Positions 27,650-41,648 of a stretch of 64,000 nt of DNA are shown here, one piece after another (position 1 is the stretch's first letter; every line of letters starts with the position of its first letter). Source of the DNA: Octopus vulgaris. Lineage: Eukaryota. Under the pieces are notes generated by a model, which had not been told where the DNA came from, ran no database searches, and saw only the letters and a program-made list of their open reading frames with translations. The stretch is from positions 149,296,001 to 149,360,000 of the forward strand of contig OX597817.1 of assembly GCA_951406725.2 (NCBI GenBank), in the 5' to 3' direction. A program made the position numbers and the translations under genes.

Positions 27650-30600
27650 GTTACACAGCAGATTTAACAAAATTGTTAGCTTACAAATATCCGGACCATC
27701 AACGTCGACATTACGCGATGATATTTCACCGTCAGAAAACAATCTGGCATATAATTAGTTCGTCATAACAAATACATTGAGCTTCCTTTTATTATGAAAA
27801 AAAATGAAGAAGTCTTATGATGTATAATATCTTACATCACAAGAAACAGATAATAAATAACTTCCAGGCAAGTAACAATGAAAACTTTACTTTATTTTCG
27901 ATCGCCTTAGAAAAGATCATAAATGACCTTGATGCTGTATTACCGTTACTGCCCTGTTCTTGCTACTAATAATGTTCTTAATGGAACATCATACTTTCTC
28001 TCATAATCTCACAATCAATAGAAATATTGGGAAAGGTATCTGGTAGCACGGAGACAAGAATAATTATTACAGCCGTGAATTCGATGTCACCGACTATATG
28101 ATAAGCAGTATTCGTGTAACCTCACCACAGTAATCCCTCGCCATATTGCGGTTCACCAATAGCGGTTCACCTATCGCGGTTTATTGCTTAAGCTTACGTC
28201 GATTCCTCTGTGCTTTTGTTTTGCACTTATAATAAAATAAATATATACAAATTATAAAAATAATAAGAATGGTTCAATGGTAGAACGGGTGTAAATTGTT
28301 TAAATCGACCCGAGTGCTCAACTAGTACTTATTTTATCGACCCAGAGAGGGATGAAAGGCAAAGTCGACCTCGACGGAATTCGAACTCAGAACGTAAAGA
28401 CCAACGAAATACCTATTTCTTTACTGCCCACAAGGGGCTACACACAGAGGCGACAAACAAGGACAGACAAAGGGATTAAGTCGATTACAGCGACCCCAGT
28501 GAGTAAATGGTACTTACTGAATCGACCCCGAAAGGATGAAAGGCAAAGTTGACCTCGGCGGAATTTGAACTTAGAACGTAACGGCAAACGAAATACCTCT
28601 TTCTTTACTACCCACAAGGGACTAAACACAGAGAGAACAAACAAGGACAGACAAACGGATTAAGTCGATTATATCGACCCCAGTGCGTAACTGGTACTTA
28701 TTTAATCGACCCCGAAAGGATGAATGGCTAAGTCGAACTCGGCGGAATTTGAACTCAGAACGTAACGACAGACGAAATACCGCTAAGCATTTCGCCCGGC
28801 GTGCTAACAATTCTGCCAGCTCGCCGCCTTACAAATAAGTAAATATTCTTTTCTTCTCTGGGCACAAGGCCCGAAATTTTGGGGGAGGGAAGCAGTCGAT
28901 TAAGTCAACCCCAGTACGCAGCTGCTACTTAATTTATCGACCACGAAGGATGAAAGGCAAAGTCGACCCCGGTGGAATTTGAACTCAGAACGTAGCGGCA
29001 GATGAAATACTGCTAAGCATTTCGTCCAGCGTGCTAACGATTCTGCCAGCTCGCTGTCTTTACTATACCCATAATATTAATTCTGGTGAAGTGGCCTGTT
29101 CCCAGTTCACTGGAAATTACAGTCTGAAGTCCTAGAACTCGTTGGGCCCAGTAATCCAGTCTCCACGGCATATAAGTGACTGAGATCACAATATTCCGTC
29201 TGAACGGGAAGTCAGTCCCTTCCAGAATTATCTTTTTACAGCTGGGTAGACTAGTGCAACGTGAAACAAAGTATTTGCTCGAGAACATACGCAGTGCCTG
29301 CTCCTGGAAGCGAAACCACAGTCTTGCGATCGTGAGTGCAACACATTAACCACTAAGTCACTGGGCACCCAGTCCTGACCTTTGATAATGAATATTTGAC
29401 TAGACATAATCTGGAATACCTCTGATTCACTAACCCAAGGCGTGGTAGATTTTCCACTGCTAATTCTGATATTCAAATTCTCCTCCCACCGCGAATGAAC
29501 GCTGCTTAATTTGGACTGAACCAACCCAGCCCCATCTAGATAATAACAGCATTACATCCACAGTTGCGCATACACTGGGTGCCAGCCTTACTGCCACATC
29601 AAAGAATACGCATTAAAGTCAACAATATGCTTTATAAAGAGATGAATGTCAGTGTTAAGGGGAGAGAATTGCTAAAGATGCCGCCTACATTTTTATGGTA
29701 TTGTTGGCTGAATAAAAACGAAAATTGGCTACTTGTAATATTAATGTAGCATTGTACTTTCGATATGTTGATAACATTAACCCCGTCATTAAATGATTTC
29801 TGACGCTGACAGACAGAAAGGTGAATCATACACAATGCCTTTATATATCACATCAATTTCATTTCTGGTCGCATAAAATCACTTCTGACTGCTCCCTCTA
29901 AACATCCCAATAGGAGATTGTCTGCCCAGTAAACATAGTTATTGATAGAGAATATAACCATCGCTGGAATCATGAAACCATGCATATTCCACTCACATTA
30001 CTACAGAAAACCTATGGCGAACCCATTAATAATCAGTAAAGACTCTGTCGTGTCGGAAACAGCTAAATGAAATGTCGTAATGGCAAACCTCGTAAGAGAA
30101 ATGAGGGAGATGTCAAAAATATGCAATCCTCATAAACGCTTGCATTGGGTGGAAACGTTCTCAATACTCTATCGTCTACATGCATTTATGTGATTTCACG
30201 CAAAAGGATACCGGCAAAATGCATAAAGAAGCCCAAGAAATATGTGAAAATATTCTAAAAAAAATTAATTATGCAGATCGAATATGATTTTTATATCGTA
30301 ATAAAATTGAGAGAAAGTCAACGCTAATTACAATTAGGAAATGTTTGATTGCGTAATGTTTGTAGATGCTCCCAGCGAATTGTGAAAAAAAGTTCTGAAA
30401 AGTTAATTTCAGTATTCAAGTGGTTGACAAAAAAGCAGGTAAATCATTTGAAAGTTCTTTTTGGACAGGTACACCTATAAAACGAATAACAAGAACTTTC
30501 GAAAGAAAATCTCGCAATAGTAACGGTAAAGTGAGAAACATAGCTTATTGTATGAACTGCCACAATTTATTATGTCGAAGGAATCCTTTGTGAAGCTTAC
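27650..30600 (+). mobile_element. Decayed Penelope-like retroelement (RT plus start of GIY-YIG), split by a MITE and SINEs at 28128-29360
   Basis: Motifs in the expected order: RLRKDHK (27903), RYCPVL, EFDVT (~28080), VNNMLYKE..KG (ORF 29564..29749), LYFRYVDNI (~29752, decayed YVDD), YRKPMANPLII..S..SETAK (30002), IQVVDKKAG, NIAYCMNC. Many stops and frameshifts. Confidence 0.8.
28290..29060 (-). mobile_element. SINE family A trimer (184-bp period) plus an adjacent monomer
   Basis: gaatt(t/c)gaac at 28377, 28561 and 28745; separate monomer at 28845-29060. Confidence 0.92.
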
Positions 30601-30620
30601 GTAGCATAGACAGTAGGGGT

Positions 30621-30939
30621 GGGGGTGAAAATAAAAATTGTAAAAACTGAAAATACCTGAGGGTTAAAATGTTGCTATATTTAATTACTAGAAAAATGTA
30701 AATGTTCGCTGAGATCAATCAAGTGCATTTACTCCCTCAAGCCCCTTAATCTCCGAAAATGGGTGGGGGGTAATTTTTTTTTTACAATAGAGAAGTTCGT
30801 GGGGTTTGAGGGAGTGAATGCTCTTGACTGATCTAAGCGAAAAATTTAGCATTTTTCTAGTAATAATATATAGCAAGATTTTGAACCTCGGGCATTTTCA
30901 ATTTCCACAATTTTTTTTCTTTATATTTTCACTCCCCCC
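30621..30939. mobile_element. Fold-back/MITE-like element with ~125-bp imperfect inverted arms
   Basis: gggggtgaaaat..ttactagaaaaatg..actccctcaagcccc pairs with ggggtttgagggagt..catttttctagtaa..attttcactccccc. Confidence 0.75.
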
Positions 30940-31614
30940 AAACACACATGTATGTGTATGCGGGTATACAGATTGTGTAATAGACTGCTCAACGTGTAGG
31001 TGAAAATGTTCAGTGAACATGGGAACAGTCATACCGAAAAGAAACTTACGCTCATATTTGGCCTGCATACTGCGTAAAAATACGATGCAGCAATCAGAAG
31101 CATGTGTGCGACTCCGATATATAGAATACAAAGGTAGTGAAATGTTAGAATCATCAGTGCGCTGGGCAAATAGCTTAGCGGCATTTTGCCCGTCTTTACA
31201 TTCAGAACTCAAATTTCTGTCAACCACTTGGATACTGAAATTAGCTTTTCAGAAGAATTTCTTAAAAACTATTAATTTTTTTTTTTCTTTTTGGTGGGTG
31301 CGGTGTTTCATATTTCGCTGGGAGCATCTACAAACATTACGCAATCAAACATTTCCTAATTGTAATTAGTGCTGATTTTATCTCAATTTTATTACGATGT
31401 AAAAATCATATTCGATCGGCATAATTTACAGATTTTTTTCCCACCTTCATTGGCGTTACTATTACCGTTTTTATTATCTCCCTTTCATTCAACCTCTTTT
31501 TTCCCGTCATCTCATCGTGTTGGACCATTAAATTCTACACAGGTATCCTCTTTACATTTTTTTCTTTTCTCTGTCCACACCCCACCCCCCCACCCACACA
31601 CACACACACTTAAT

Positions 31615-31745
31615 CCGTTCTGTCGATGAACGTAAGCTCGAAACGTAAAAGACTTTTCCATTTTACCCGGGCGTTAAACTAATACACCAGCTTGTTGCTC
31701 CAACACCAGTTTTCGCCTTTTCTTTTCTGTAAATTTCAACAATAT
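31615..31745 (+). mobile_element. Short (TA)n-associated repeat with hammerhead-like motif (family H). Other copies: 45270-45362(-), 47070-47215(-), 51560-51672(+), 52725-52892(-), 54415-54628(+), 57590-57720(+)
   Basis: Shared ctgtNgaagagcgtaggctcgaaacgtaaaagac..cccgagcgttaaactaatac..gtttgtt consensus. Confidence 0.8.
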
Positions 31746-32089
31746 ATATATATGTATGTGTGTGTGTGTGTGTGTGTGTGTATGTATATAGTAAGATGTC
31801 GACATACACACTGAAGGCTCGAACTCACTGTCAACAAGTTCTTCCTAAAATTAGATTATATATGTTGGTATGTTAGTGTATTTCTATGTCTATTTTTTAC
31901 GGGGATACAAGTATATATATATATATATACATATATATTTGTGTGTAAATATATGTATGCGTATGTACGTAAATGTGTGTGTGTGTGTGTGCGTGTGCAT
32001 GTGTGTATTTGTGCTTGTGCGTAGTAATCACGGGTTTGTGTGCTTCTTTATGCGTTTGTATGCGTAATCAAGCATATATATGTGTGTGA

Positions 32090-32125
<36 letters not shown>

Positions 32126-32508
32126 GCATGTGTTTATACCTAGGTATAGACATGCACAAACATACCTATATATATATATATATATACAATCTATGCTCAA
32201 ATAAGGCACGCTTTACATGCACACATATATACATACATACATACATACATACATACAAACATACATACAAACATACATACATACATACATACATACATAC
32301 ATACATACATACATACATACATACATACATACATACGCAGAGATACAAACACACACGCGCGTATTATTTTTGTCAGTCTAAAATTAATAGGCTTATACTG
32401 TACAAACATATATTAAAAATATAGTTTGAGACAATTTATAAATACAAAACAAAAAAGAAGTCTCCAAACTTTCTAAAATAAGAAACACTTTTAATAACTG
32501 TTGTTACA

Positions 32509-32557
<49 letters not shown>

Positions 32558-32558
<1 letters not shown>

Positions 32559-33092
32559 AGTGGCTCTCATGGCTTTTGATCTTAACTGATTGGAAGTGTT
32601 ATCATGTACATTGTTTTGTCTTGGTATAAAAGATGGGCTACAGCAAATATTCTGCTCAATACCACAGATTTGCTTGTCAGTTGTTTGACCTTAACCAGTT
32701 GAGCATGTCCCTTAGTGGCTGACGATATATGCATCTCTGATCACGAGCAGAAGTAGTGGGGGAGCATCATAGCCATGTGTTGAGAGGGATTCTTTGGGGT
32801 TTGAATAATTCACCTCTGGAAACATGGGTGGTTCTTTCAACATCCTTAAACAACCCTTATTCAGGGACCTTTTGAGCGGGATGGGCTACTCAACCTGAAG
32901 AAATTTCTAACTGGGCCCCACCTGCAAGGTCATGTGCTGTTTATCTTGATATGAGATCACCATGTCGCGCACATATGGTTGTGATGCATGTGCCTGGTGT
33001 ACCCTTATCAGACGGGTAGTCATGATGGGTATATTGGGCTTCGTATGTTTTACCCCAGTGTCACTTTGATGGCATGAACTGCTCTCTCACTC
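32558..33092 (+). mobile_element. Non-coding 535-bp insert bounded by (TAA)n on both sides (probable TAA-targeting retroposon)
   Basis: Sharp boundaries at TAA runs, balanced GC, no ORF; strand inferred from the TAA tail. Confidence 0.55.
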
Positions 33093-33107
33093 AATAATAA
33101 TAATAAT

Positions 33108-34443
33108 ATGGTAAAATGATGAAGGCAATTCAATCTGAATCCAGCTACAAATACCTGAGAATACTCGAGGCAGACGAAATCAAACACAACGACATGAAGG
33201 AGAAGACAAAAAGAGAGTACCTGTTACAAGTGAGAAAAATATTGGCTTCAAAGTTGAATGCCAGGAACATAACTTTGGCAATAAAATAGTGCTCAGTCGC
33301 AGTAGTTCGGTATAGGGCTGGAATCCTGAAATAGGCAGAGGAAGAGCTAAAGGAGATGAACAGGAAGGCAAAAAAGCTCCTAACGATGCACGGAGCCCAT
33401 CATCCACGTGCAGACACTGATTTCCTGTACACGAAGAGAGCAACTGGAGGAAGGGTACTGATAAGTGTGGAAGATTGTGCACTTATCGAACTCGAGAGCT
33501 TAATGAGACATCTAGCCCAAAGTAAGGAAACCATGCTAGTGGTAGTTAGAAACGAGGGAGTATTGAGAGCAGAGGAAAAGGGAAAACAAAGGAAGTGCAA
33601 AAAGGACATGAAGAAGAATTACGCAAGATGGGACTACACAATCAATTCCATGTAGCCACAACAGAAGTTGCTGGAAAAAATAGGTGCGATTGGCTGAAGA
33701 AAGGAACACCGAGAGCACTATAGTAGCAGCGCAAGACAAAGCTTTCGACACAAACTGGAGAGTCAATCTTAGGAATGAGCAAGTGCCTCCGCTGTGCCGC
33801 ATCTATAATAGAGTGGATGAAACCATCGCCGATGTCACGAACGAATGTCCTAGATGGACCAAAACCACAAGTTGTGGCAACACGATGAGGTAACGAAAGA
33901 GCTACATTGGAAACTGCGAAAAATGGGGGCTCGAGAGAGGCAAGATGTAGTGTGAGCACAAACCGCAGAGAATGGCGGAGTCGGAGACTAGCAAAATCCT
34001 CTGGGATTTACCAATCCAGAGCATAACAGATCGGATCTAGTGGTGGTCGTCGACAATATGCACCACATGTGCTATATAGTTGATGTTGCATGCCCCTTTA
34101 ACACACGAATTGTGAAGACAGAAGGCAAAAAGATAGATAGATACAACCATCTTAAGTACGAAATAGCCTGGCTATGGAAAATGGAGAAGGTGAAGATATT
34201 GCCAATTATTGTTGGGTCCTTTGAAACAGTATCAGAAGGCATCAAGAGGAACATGAAGGAACTTAGAATAGAGTGACCAGTAGAAATGTTCCAAAAGGTT
34301 TGCCTCCTTGGCACTGCCAGAATAATCAGGAAAGTATTAGAAAGCTGAAAAGAATGGGTAGCATGGTACCGTAGGCTACAGGTAGTAAGCCCGCTACGCA
34401 TGCAAAGCTACAAGAGTTCCAACAAAGCCTGTGATAAAAAGAG
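33108..34443 (+). mobile_element. 5'-truncated, decayed R4/Dong-clade non-LTR retrotransposon (RT end, CCHC remnant, restriction-like endonuclease)
   Basis: YKYL.ILEAD.IKH..MKEK; KLLTMHGAHHPRADTDFLYTKRATGGR; TESTIVAAQDKA; CRIYNRVDETIADVTNECP; IVDVACPF..KKIDRYNHLKYEI..LWK..VKILPIIVG. Flanked by (TAA)n, the known Dong target. Confidence 0.92.
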
Positions 34444-34459
34444 ATAATAATAATAATAA

Positions 34460-34830
34460 TCCTTTCTATAAAAGGCACAAGGCCTGAAATTTGCAAGGAG
34501 GGGATTAGACGATTCCATCAAACCCAGTGCTTCACTGGTACTTAATTTCTCGACTCAGAATGAAGTAGACCTCGGCAGAATTTGAACTCAGAACGAAACG
34601 ACTGACAAAATACCGCTTAGCATTTTGTCCGACTTGCTAATCTTATTTCAATTTAGGCACAAAGCCAGCAATATTTAGGAGCGGGGTTAATCGATTACCT
34701 CGAGGCAGTCCTTGACCGTTTCTTCATTTTATCGACCCCGGAAAGATTAAAGGCGAAATTAATCTCAGCGTTATTTGAACAGAAAGTGTAAAGATGCACA
34801 ACAAAAACCGCCGCAGGACATTTTTTGAGA
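34460..34830 (-). mobile_element. Two degraded SINE family A copies
   Basis: Tail cctttctata..ggcacaaggcc and B-box aatttgaactcagaacg. Confidence 0.8.
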
Positions 34831-34979
34831 CGCTTTAATGATTGTCTTAGATTTTCGACCTTGAAAAACAACTCCCACTCCAATTTAGGCATAAGACCAG
34901 TAATTTTGAGAGGAAAGGGGGTATTCGCTTACAACAACCACTGTATCTGAGGGTAGACAAGGGCAAAATTATGCTGATA

Positions 34980-35219
34980 ATGAAGTGATGAAGATGACGA
35001 CGATGGTGATGCTGATGGTGATGAGGACATTTGAAGATGATGGTAATAGTGATGATGATGACCATGTTGTTGATTATTGTGGTACTGCTGCTGCTGTTGC
35101 TGGTGGTGGTGGTGGTGGACGACGACGACGACAACGAAGATGATGGTGGTGGTGGTGGTGGTCATGGTGTTTTCGTGGTGATGAAGACGATGATGATGAT
35201 AATGATGATGATGATGATA

Positions 35220-35266
<47 letters not shown>

Positions 35267-35581
35267 GGTGGTGGTAGTGGTGGTGGTGGTGGTGGTGGTG
35301 GTGGTGATGATGATGATGATTATTATTATTATGTTCTTGGTGGTGGGGGTGAGGTTGGCGGCGATGGTGATGATGGGGATGATGATGATGATGACGCCGA
35401 TGATGATAATGCAGGGCGATGGCGTTGGCGACGACGCAACAACGACAGAAACAAGATGGGGGTGTAACGCTATGAAACCTAACGTTTGCATGTGAAAAAA
35501 TAAATAAATAAATAAATAAATAAAAAAACCAAAAATGCTTTGCGCATGATTTCGTGTTTGTGCAGGGGTGCGTTAGTGTCT

Positions 35582-35640
<59 letters not shown>

Positions 35641-35984
35641 ATGTGTGTGTCGGTGTCTGTATGTGTGTGGGTGTTTATACACGTATAGGTGTATTTGAAT
35701 GCGTGCGTTGCGTGTGCATGGTGTATGCGCATGCGTATATGTGTATGTGTGTTTGTGTGTGTGTGTGTGTGTGCGTGTTCGCGTCTGTGTGTGTATTGTA
35801 CATTTCTTTGTACGTCTGCTTGGTTGCGTAGGCGTTCGTGTTTACAAAGACGTATGATTTCTTATATGTGTGTGCGCGTCTGTTTGTCTCTGTATGGGGT
35901 TTTGTTTGTGTATTGATTGTATGTGTGTTTTGTGTGTGTTTTGTGTGTGTTTTGTGTGTGTATGTGCGTGTGTGTTTGTGCGTA

Positions 35985-36036
<52 letters not shown>

Positions 36037-36193
36037 GATTGCACATCTTGTTGTGGAAGCTCGCTTAATAATACGGTTAGGGCCCCTCCTTCGCAATCAC
36101 TCTCATCATTAACAATCAACCCCGCTGCCGTCCGGATTTCCTCGAATAATATCTCTACCACGGCTACAAACACTATCGCCGTCGTCGTCGTCG

Positions 36194-36232
<39 letters not shown>

Positions 36233-36275
36233 CCATCATCATCACCATCATCATCATCATCGTCGTCATCATCAC

Positions 36276-36325
<50 letters not shown>

Positions 36326-36842
36326 CAATCATCATCATTGTCGCCCTTCAAAACCACCACTACCATCGTCATCATCAGCAGAAGCGAAACATCACCATCG
36401 TCATCATCATCGCGGATTATCTTTATCAACCCCCGTCATATTCCATCCTCACCACCGCCATACCATCATCATCATCATCATCATCATCACCGCCATCATC
36501 ATCATCACCGCCATCATCATCATCGTTCACCAGCAGCAGCAGCAGCAGCTGCAGCGTTACCGATGTTATACCAACACCGTCCACGTAAACATCACCTTCC
36601 TCATCATCATCAACAGCATTGTTGTCATCATCATCATAATAATAATCACCATTAGCACCACCACCACCACCACCACCACCATAATTACCATCATCATCGT
36701 CATCATCATCAACAACAACAACAACAACAACAACAGGAACAGAGGCTTTGCCATTACTAATATTAATGCTAATGACCCCCCTCCCCTATCATACCACAAC
36801 ATTAGCAGCACCACCACCACCATCACCACCAGTACAATCATC

Positions 36843-36874
<32 letters not shown>

Positions 36875-37065
36875 CATCATCATCACCATCATCATCATCA
36901 ACAACAACATCGCTTTTGTCATCATCACCCACACCACCACCACCACCACCACCACCACCACCAGCATCATAAGCATCACCCTTCTCCTTCGTTCTTAATT
37001 GTAATCATACACAACATTAATATTATCGCAATCAACGTCGCTTTAATTATCATCGTCGCTAACAT

Positions 37066-37149
<84 letters not shown>

Positions 37150-37207
37150 TATAATCACTATCATCATCATCGCTGTCAACACAAATATCATCATCAGATC
37201 AACATCC

Positions 37208-37256
<49 letters not shown>

Positions 37257-37262
37257 AATCAC

Positions 37263-37298
<36 letters not shown>

Positions 37299-37374
37299 CT
37301 ATCATCATCACTGTTATAATTACCATCATCGCTGTCAACACAAATATCATCATCAGTAGAAGCATCAGCAGTAG

Positions 37375-37419
<45 letters not shown>

Positions 37420-37566
37420 CACCGCCTTCATCATCATCACCACCACCACTGTCGTCGTCTTCTTCTCCAGCATCGCCAACATAATTATTGTCTGCGCTAT
37501 TATCATCAGCATCATCATCAGCAGCAGCGTCACCATCATCATTATAGTCACCGTCAAAAACATCAC

Positions 37567-37599
<33 letters not shown>

Positions 37600-38059
37600 T
37601 CGTCGTCGTCATCATCATCACTGACATCATCATCTACATCCTCCTCCTCCTCAAGCTCATCCTCATCCTCATCTTCACCATCATCATTATCATCGTCGTC
37701 ATCATCATCATCATTATCGTCGTCATCATCATCATCGTCATCATCATCATCGTCGTCGTCATCATCATCACTGACATCATAATCTACATCCCCCTCCTCC
37801 TCAACCTCATCCTCATCTTCACCATCATCATCAGTATCGTCGTCATCATCATCATCATCGTCATCATCATCGTCATCCTCGTCGCCGTCGTCACAAACTT
37901 CATTTCACCCCCACCATCCTCACCAGCGCCACCAACACTCATTCTCATCATCGTCGTGGTCGATCGATGTGGCGGTCGTTATCAGAGTGTCGCGCGCATC
38001 GTCGTCTTTCGGCTTCGTTGTCGTTGTTGGCCAGATAAAAACATGCACACAAAGGCAGC

Positions 38060-38099
<40 letters not shown>

Positions 38100-38200
38100 G
38101 CAGTAAGGACCTCGGATATCAGGCTGTAACAAACTCCACCAGCTAAACACACCATCACCACCACCACCGCCACCACTGCAACCTCCACCACCACTACAAC
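34980..38200. repeat. Large (GAT/GGT), (GT) and (CAT/CAC/CAA) low-complexity block
   Basis: Direct reading; internal duplications such as cgctgtcaacacaaatatcatcatcag (x2) and ctgacatcat.atctacatcc (x2). Confidence 0.92.
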
Positions 38201-38777
38201 CCCTACTTCTATCCTATTATCATAGACCCATTTATCCAGTGAAGTGAGAGGGTCGGCATCTGTTGTGGCTAACGTAGTGAGGCGTGGTGGAAGTCAGGTT
38301 TGGGATTGGAAATGGAAATGGGATGGGATGGGCTTGTGATGTGGATAATAGCATAGCAGTTGCCTTGGTGATGATGCAGCAGAACTAGATGGAGTAACGG
38401 AGTAACGATACAACCAACAGATAGCTGGTCAGTACCATGATGGCTTCATTTTTTGTTTTTTTCTATGTGCGTTTTTTTTCTTCTTTTATATTGCATTTAT
38501 TTTATTTATTACTGTTGTTTGTTTGTTTGTTTTTTTACTTTATACATGCATTTATCCAGTTTAAGCGTATATGTATGAGTGTAGGGGATTGCGTGCTTGC
38601 GTGTGTGTGTGTGTGTGTGTATGTGTGTGTGAGAGATATTGTGTGTGTGTGTAGATATATGTAGCTGCTTAGAAGTAAGCCTTGGCGTGCGTGCAGGCAT
38701 ATTAATTTGGCCGTTTAAAAATATATGTATGTATGTATGTATGAATGCATGAATATATATATATATATACATAAACT

Positions 38778-38833
<56 letters not shown>

Positions 38834-38938
38834 TATATATATATATGCATATATAGGCATAGGACACCATCAACAGTAAACATGAAATACGAAAACAGAT
38901 GAGTTCAATACGCAGCCGTGGTGTCCTGTACGCATATA

Positions 38939-39013
<75 letters not shown>

Positions 39014-39034
39014 GTATGTATATATATATATGTA

Positions 39035-39087
<53 letters not shown>

Positions 39088-39259
39088 GTGTGTGTCTGTA
39101 TATGTATATATATACATACACAGTTATACGTCACTTTACGAGGATCCACTTTACGAGACACCGAGTATGCGAGGTTTTGCGAGTCTTGTTTTCTGTTTAC
39201 GAATTTTCGCTTTACGAACGTTCTCCAGAAAAGAATTAACGCGGAAATCAAGGCATTAG

Positions 39260-39307
<48 letters not shown>

Positions 39308-39689
39308 CATATGTATGTATGTATGCATGCAAGTAGGTATGTATATATAAAGATTTACACATACACATTTATATATAGACACATATATACATATAGGTGT
39401 ATATATGCATGGGTGTGTATGTATATATATATATATATAGGTGTGTATTGTGTATATGTATATATGTGCATGTGTGTGTTTATGGACATCTTTGTGTGTG
39501 TGTGAGTAATTGAAAGTTGAAATCTTTAATTTCTGTCGTTAAATCTACGTCCTGTATGCTTATATATGCTTATATATGCTTATATATGTATCTATGTGTA
39601 TATGCTTATATATGTATCTATGTATATATGCTTATATATGTATCTATGTGTGCTTATTTGTGTATGTATAAACGTCTGCGTATATATAT

Positions 39690-40065
39690 GTGGGTGTGTG
39701 GTAAGTAGCTTGCTTACCAATTACATAGCTACAGGTTCAGTCCCACTGTGTAGTACCTTGGGCAAGTGTCTTCTACTATAGTATCGAGCTACCTGAAACC
39801 TTCTGAGTGGATTTGGTAGACGGAAACTGAAAGAAGCCCGTCGTATATGTGTGTGGGGGGTTGTATGTATGTGAGTGTGTGTGTTTGTCCCTTCTACATC
39901 GCCTGACAGCCGATGCTGGTGCGTTTACCTCCCCGTAACTTAGCGGCAAAAGAGTCCGATAGAATAAGTACTAGGCCTACAAAGAATAAGTCCTGGGGTC
40001 GATTTGCTCGACTGAAGGCGGTGCTACAGCATGGCCGCAGTCGAATGAGTGAAACAAATAAAAGA

Positions 40066-40070
<5 letters not shown>
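39690..40070 (+). mobile_element. SINE family B. Further copies: 44533-44725, 46925-47030, 47705-48095(-), 48510-48990(+), 49140-49610(-), 56585-56905(-), 57105-57285(+), 58630-58780(+), 58880-59570(-)
   Basis: Same head, core and tail as 7299-7685. Confidence 0.85.
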
Positions 40071-40126
<56 letters not shown>

Positions 40127-40195
40127 AGTATGTATGTATGTATATTTCGGATTATCTGTAAGAAACATAAATTCGAAAGAAGCACACTCTAATAT

Positions 40196-40391
40196 GTTAG
40201 TTAGTTAGTTAGTTAATTATTTGGCTCAAAAAGCAAAAAGCAAGGCCATGTAGGGGGACATGGAGTTATGTACAGGGTGGTGTTCATGTAAAGAGTTCAG
40301 GCCACTTGTGGTCAAGGGAAACTTTGAACCGAGCGGTCGTCGGCATCTTCACCATCTCGTCCAACAGTTTATTCCACGGATCCGCAATGTA
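40196..40391 (-). mobile_element. CR1-clade LINE 3' end with (TAAC)n tail
   Basis: Minus-strand IADPWNKLLDEMVKMPTTARFKVSLDHKWPELFT* (cf. CR1 WN.LP..VV.A.S...FK..LD..W), short UTR, tandem tail. Confidence 0.8.
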
Positions 40392-40651
40392 TATTTTAAA
40401 AATGGTGCAGGCTGGTTTATGAAATCACCTCAGGTTTTCTGTCCATAAAGGGTTTCGATTTTTCCGTCCATAAAGGCAGATCCCAAAAACCTGTTGGCCC
40501 AAGACCTCTCCTCATTTTTAAGAGGTGTTGCACCAACAGGTATTGCGATCGGACGATACGCTATAAAGCTAGACCTTTTATAGACAGGAAGCCTAAGATA
40601 ATTCCACAAACCGGACTTCCCCATTTTTGATATACATATATATATGTATAT

Positions 40652-40807
<156 letters not shown>

Positions 40808-41034
40808 AGTAGTATTATTACCGTTATTTACAGTAATAAGGTGGCTAGCAAGTTCACACTTTTGCAGTTACAACATAAAGTAATTTAAGATTAGGTAAGG
40901 TATATTTATCGTGGTCTTTGGAGCAATGACTCTGATTTTAGCAAGTGGTATTACATACCTTACCTAATCCTATATAAATATATATATATATATATATAGT
41001 TATACATGTATGTGTGAATGCAAGTATGCATGTA

Positions 41035-41648
<614 letters not shown>

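Noticed and set aside
36109-37633. Asp-rich ORFs resembling acidic biomineralisation proteins
   Set aside because: (GAT)n mosaics with stops between blocks, no signal peptide or splice support, and equally open in other frames.
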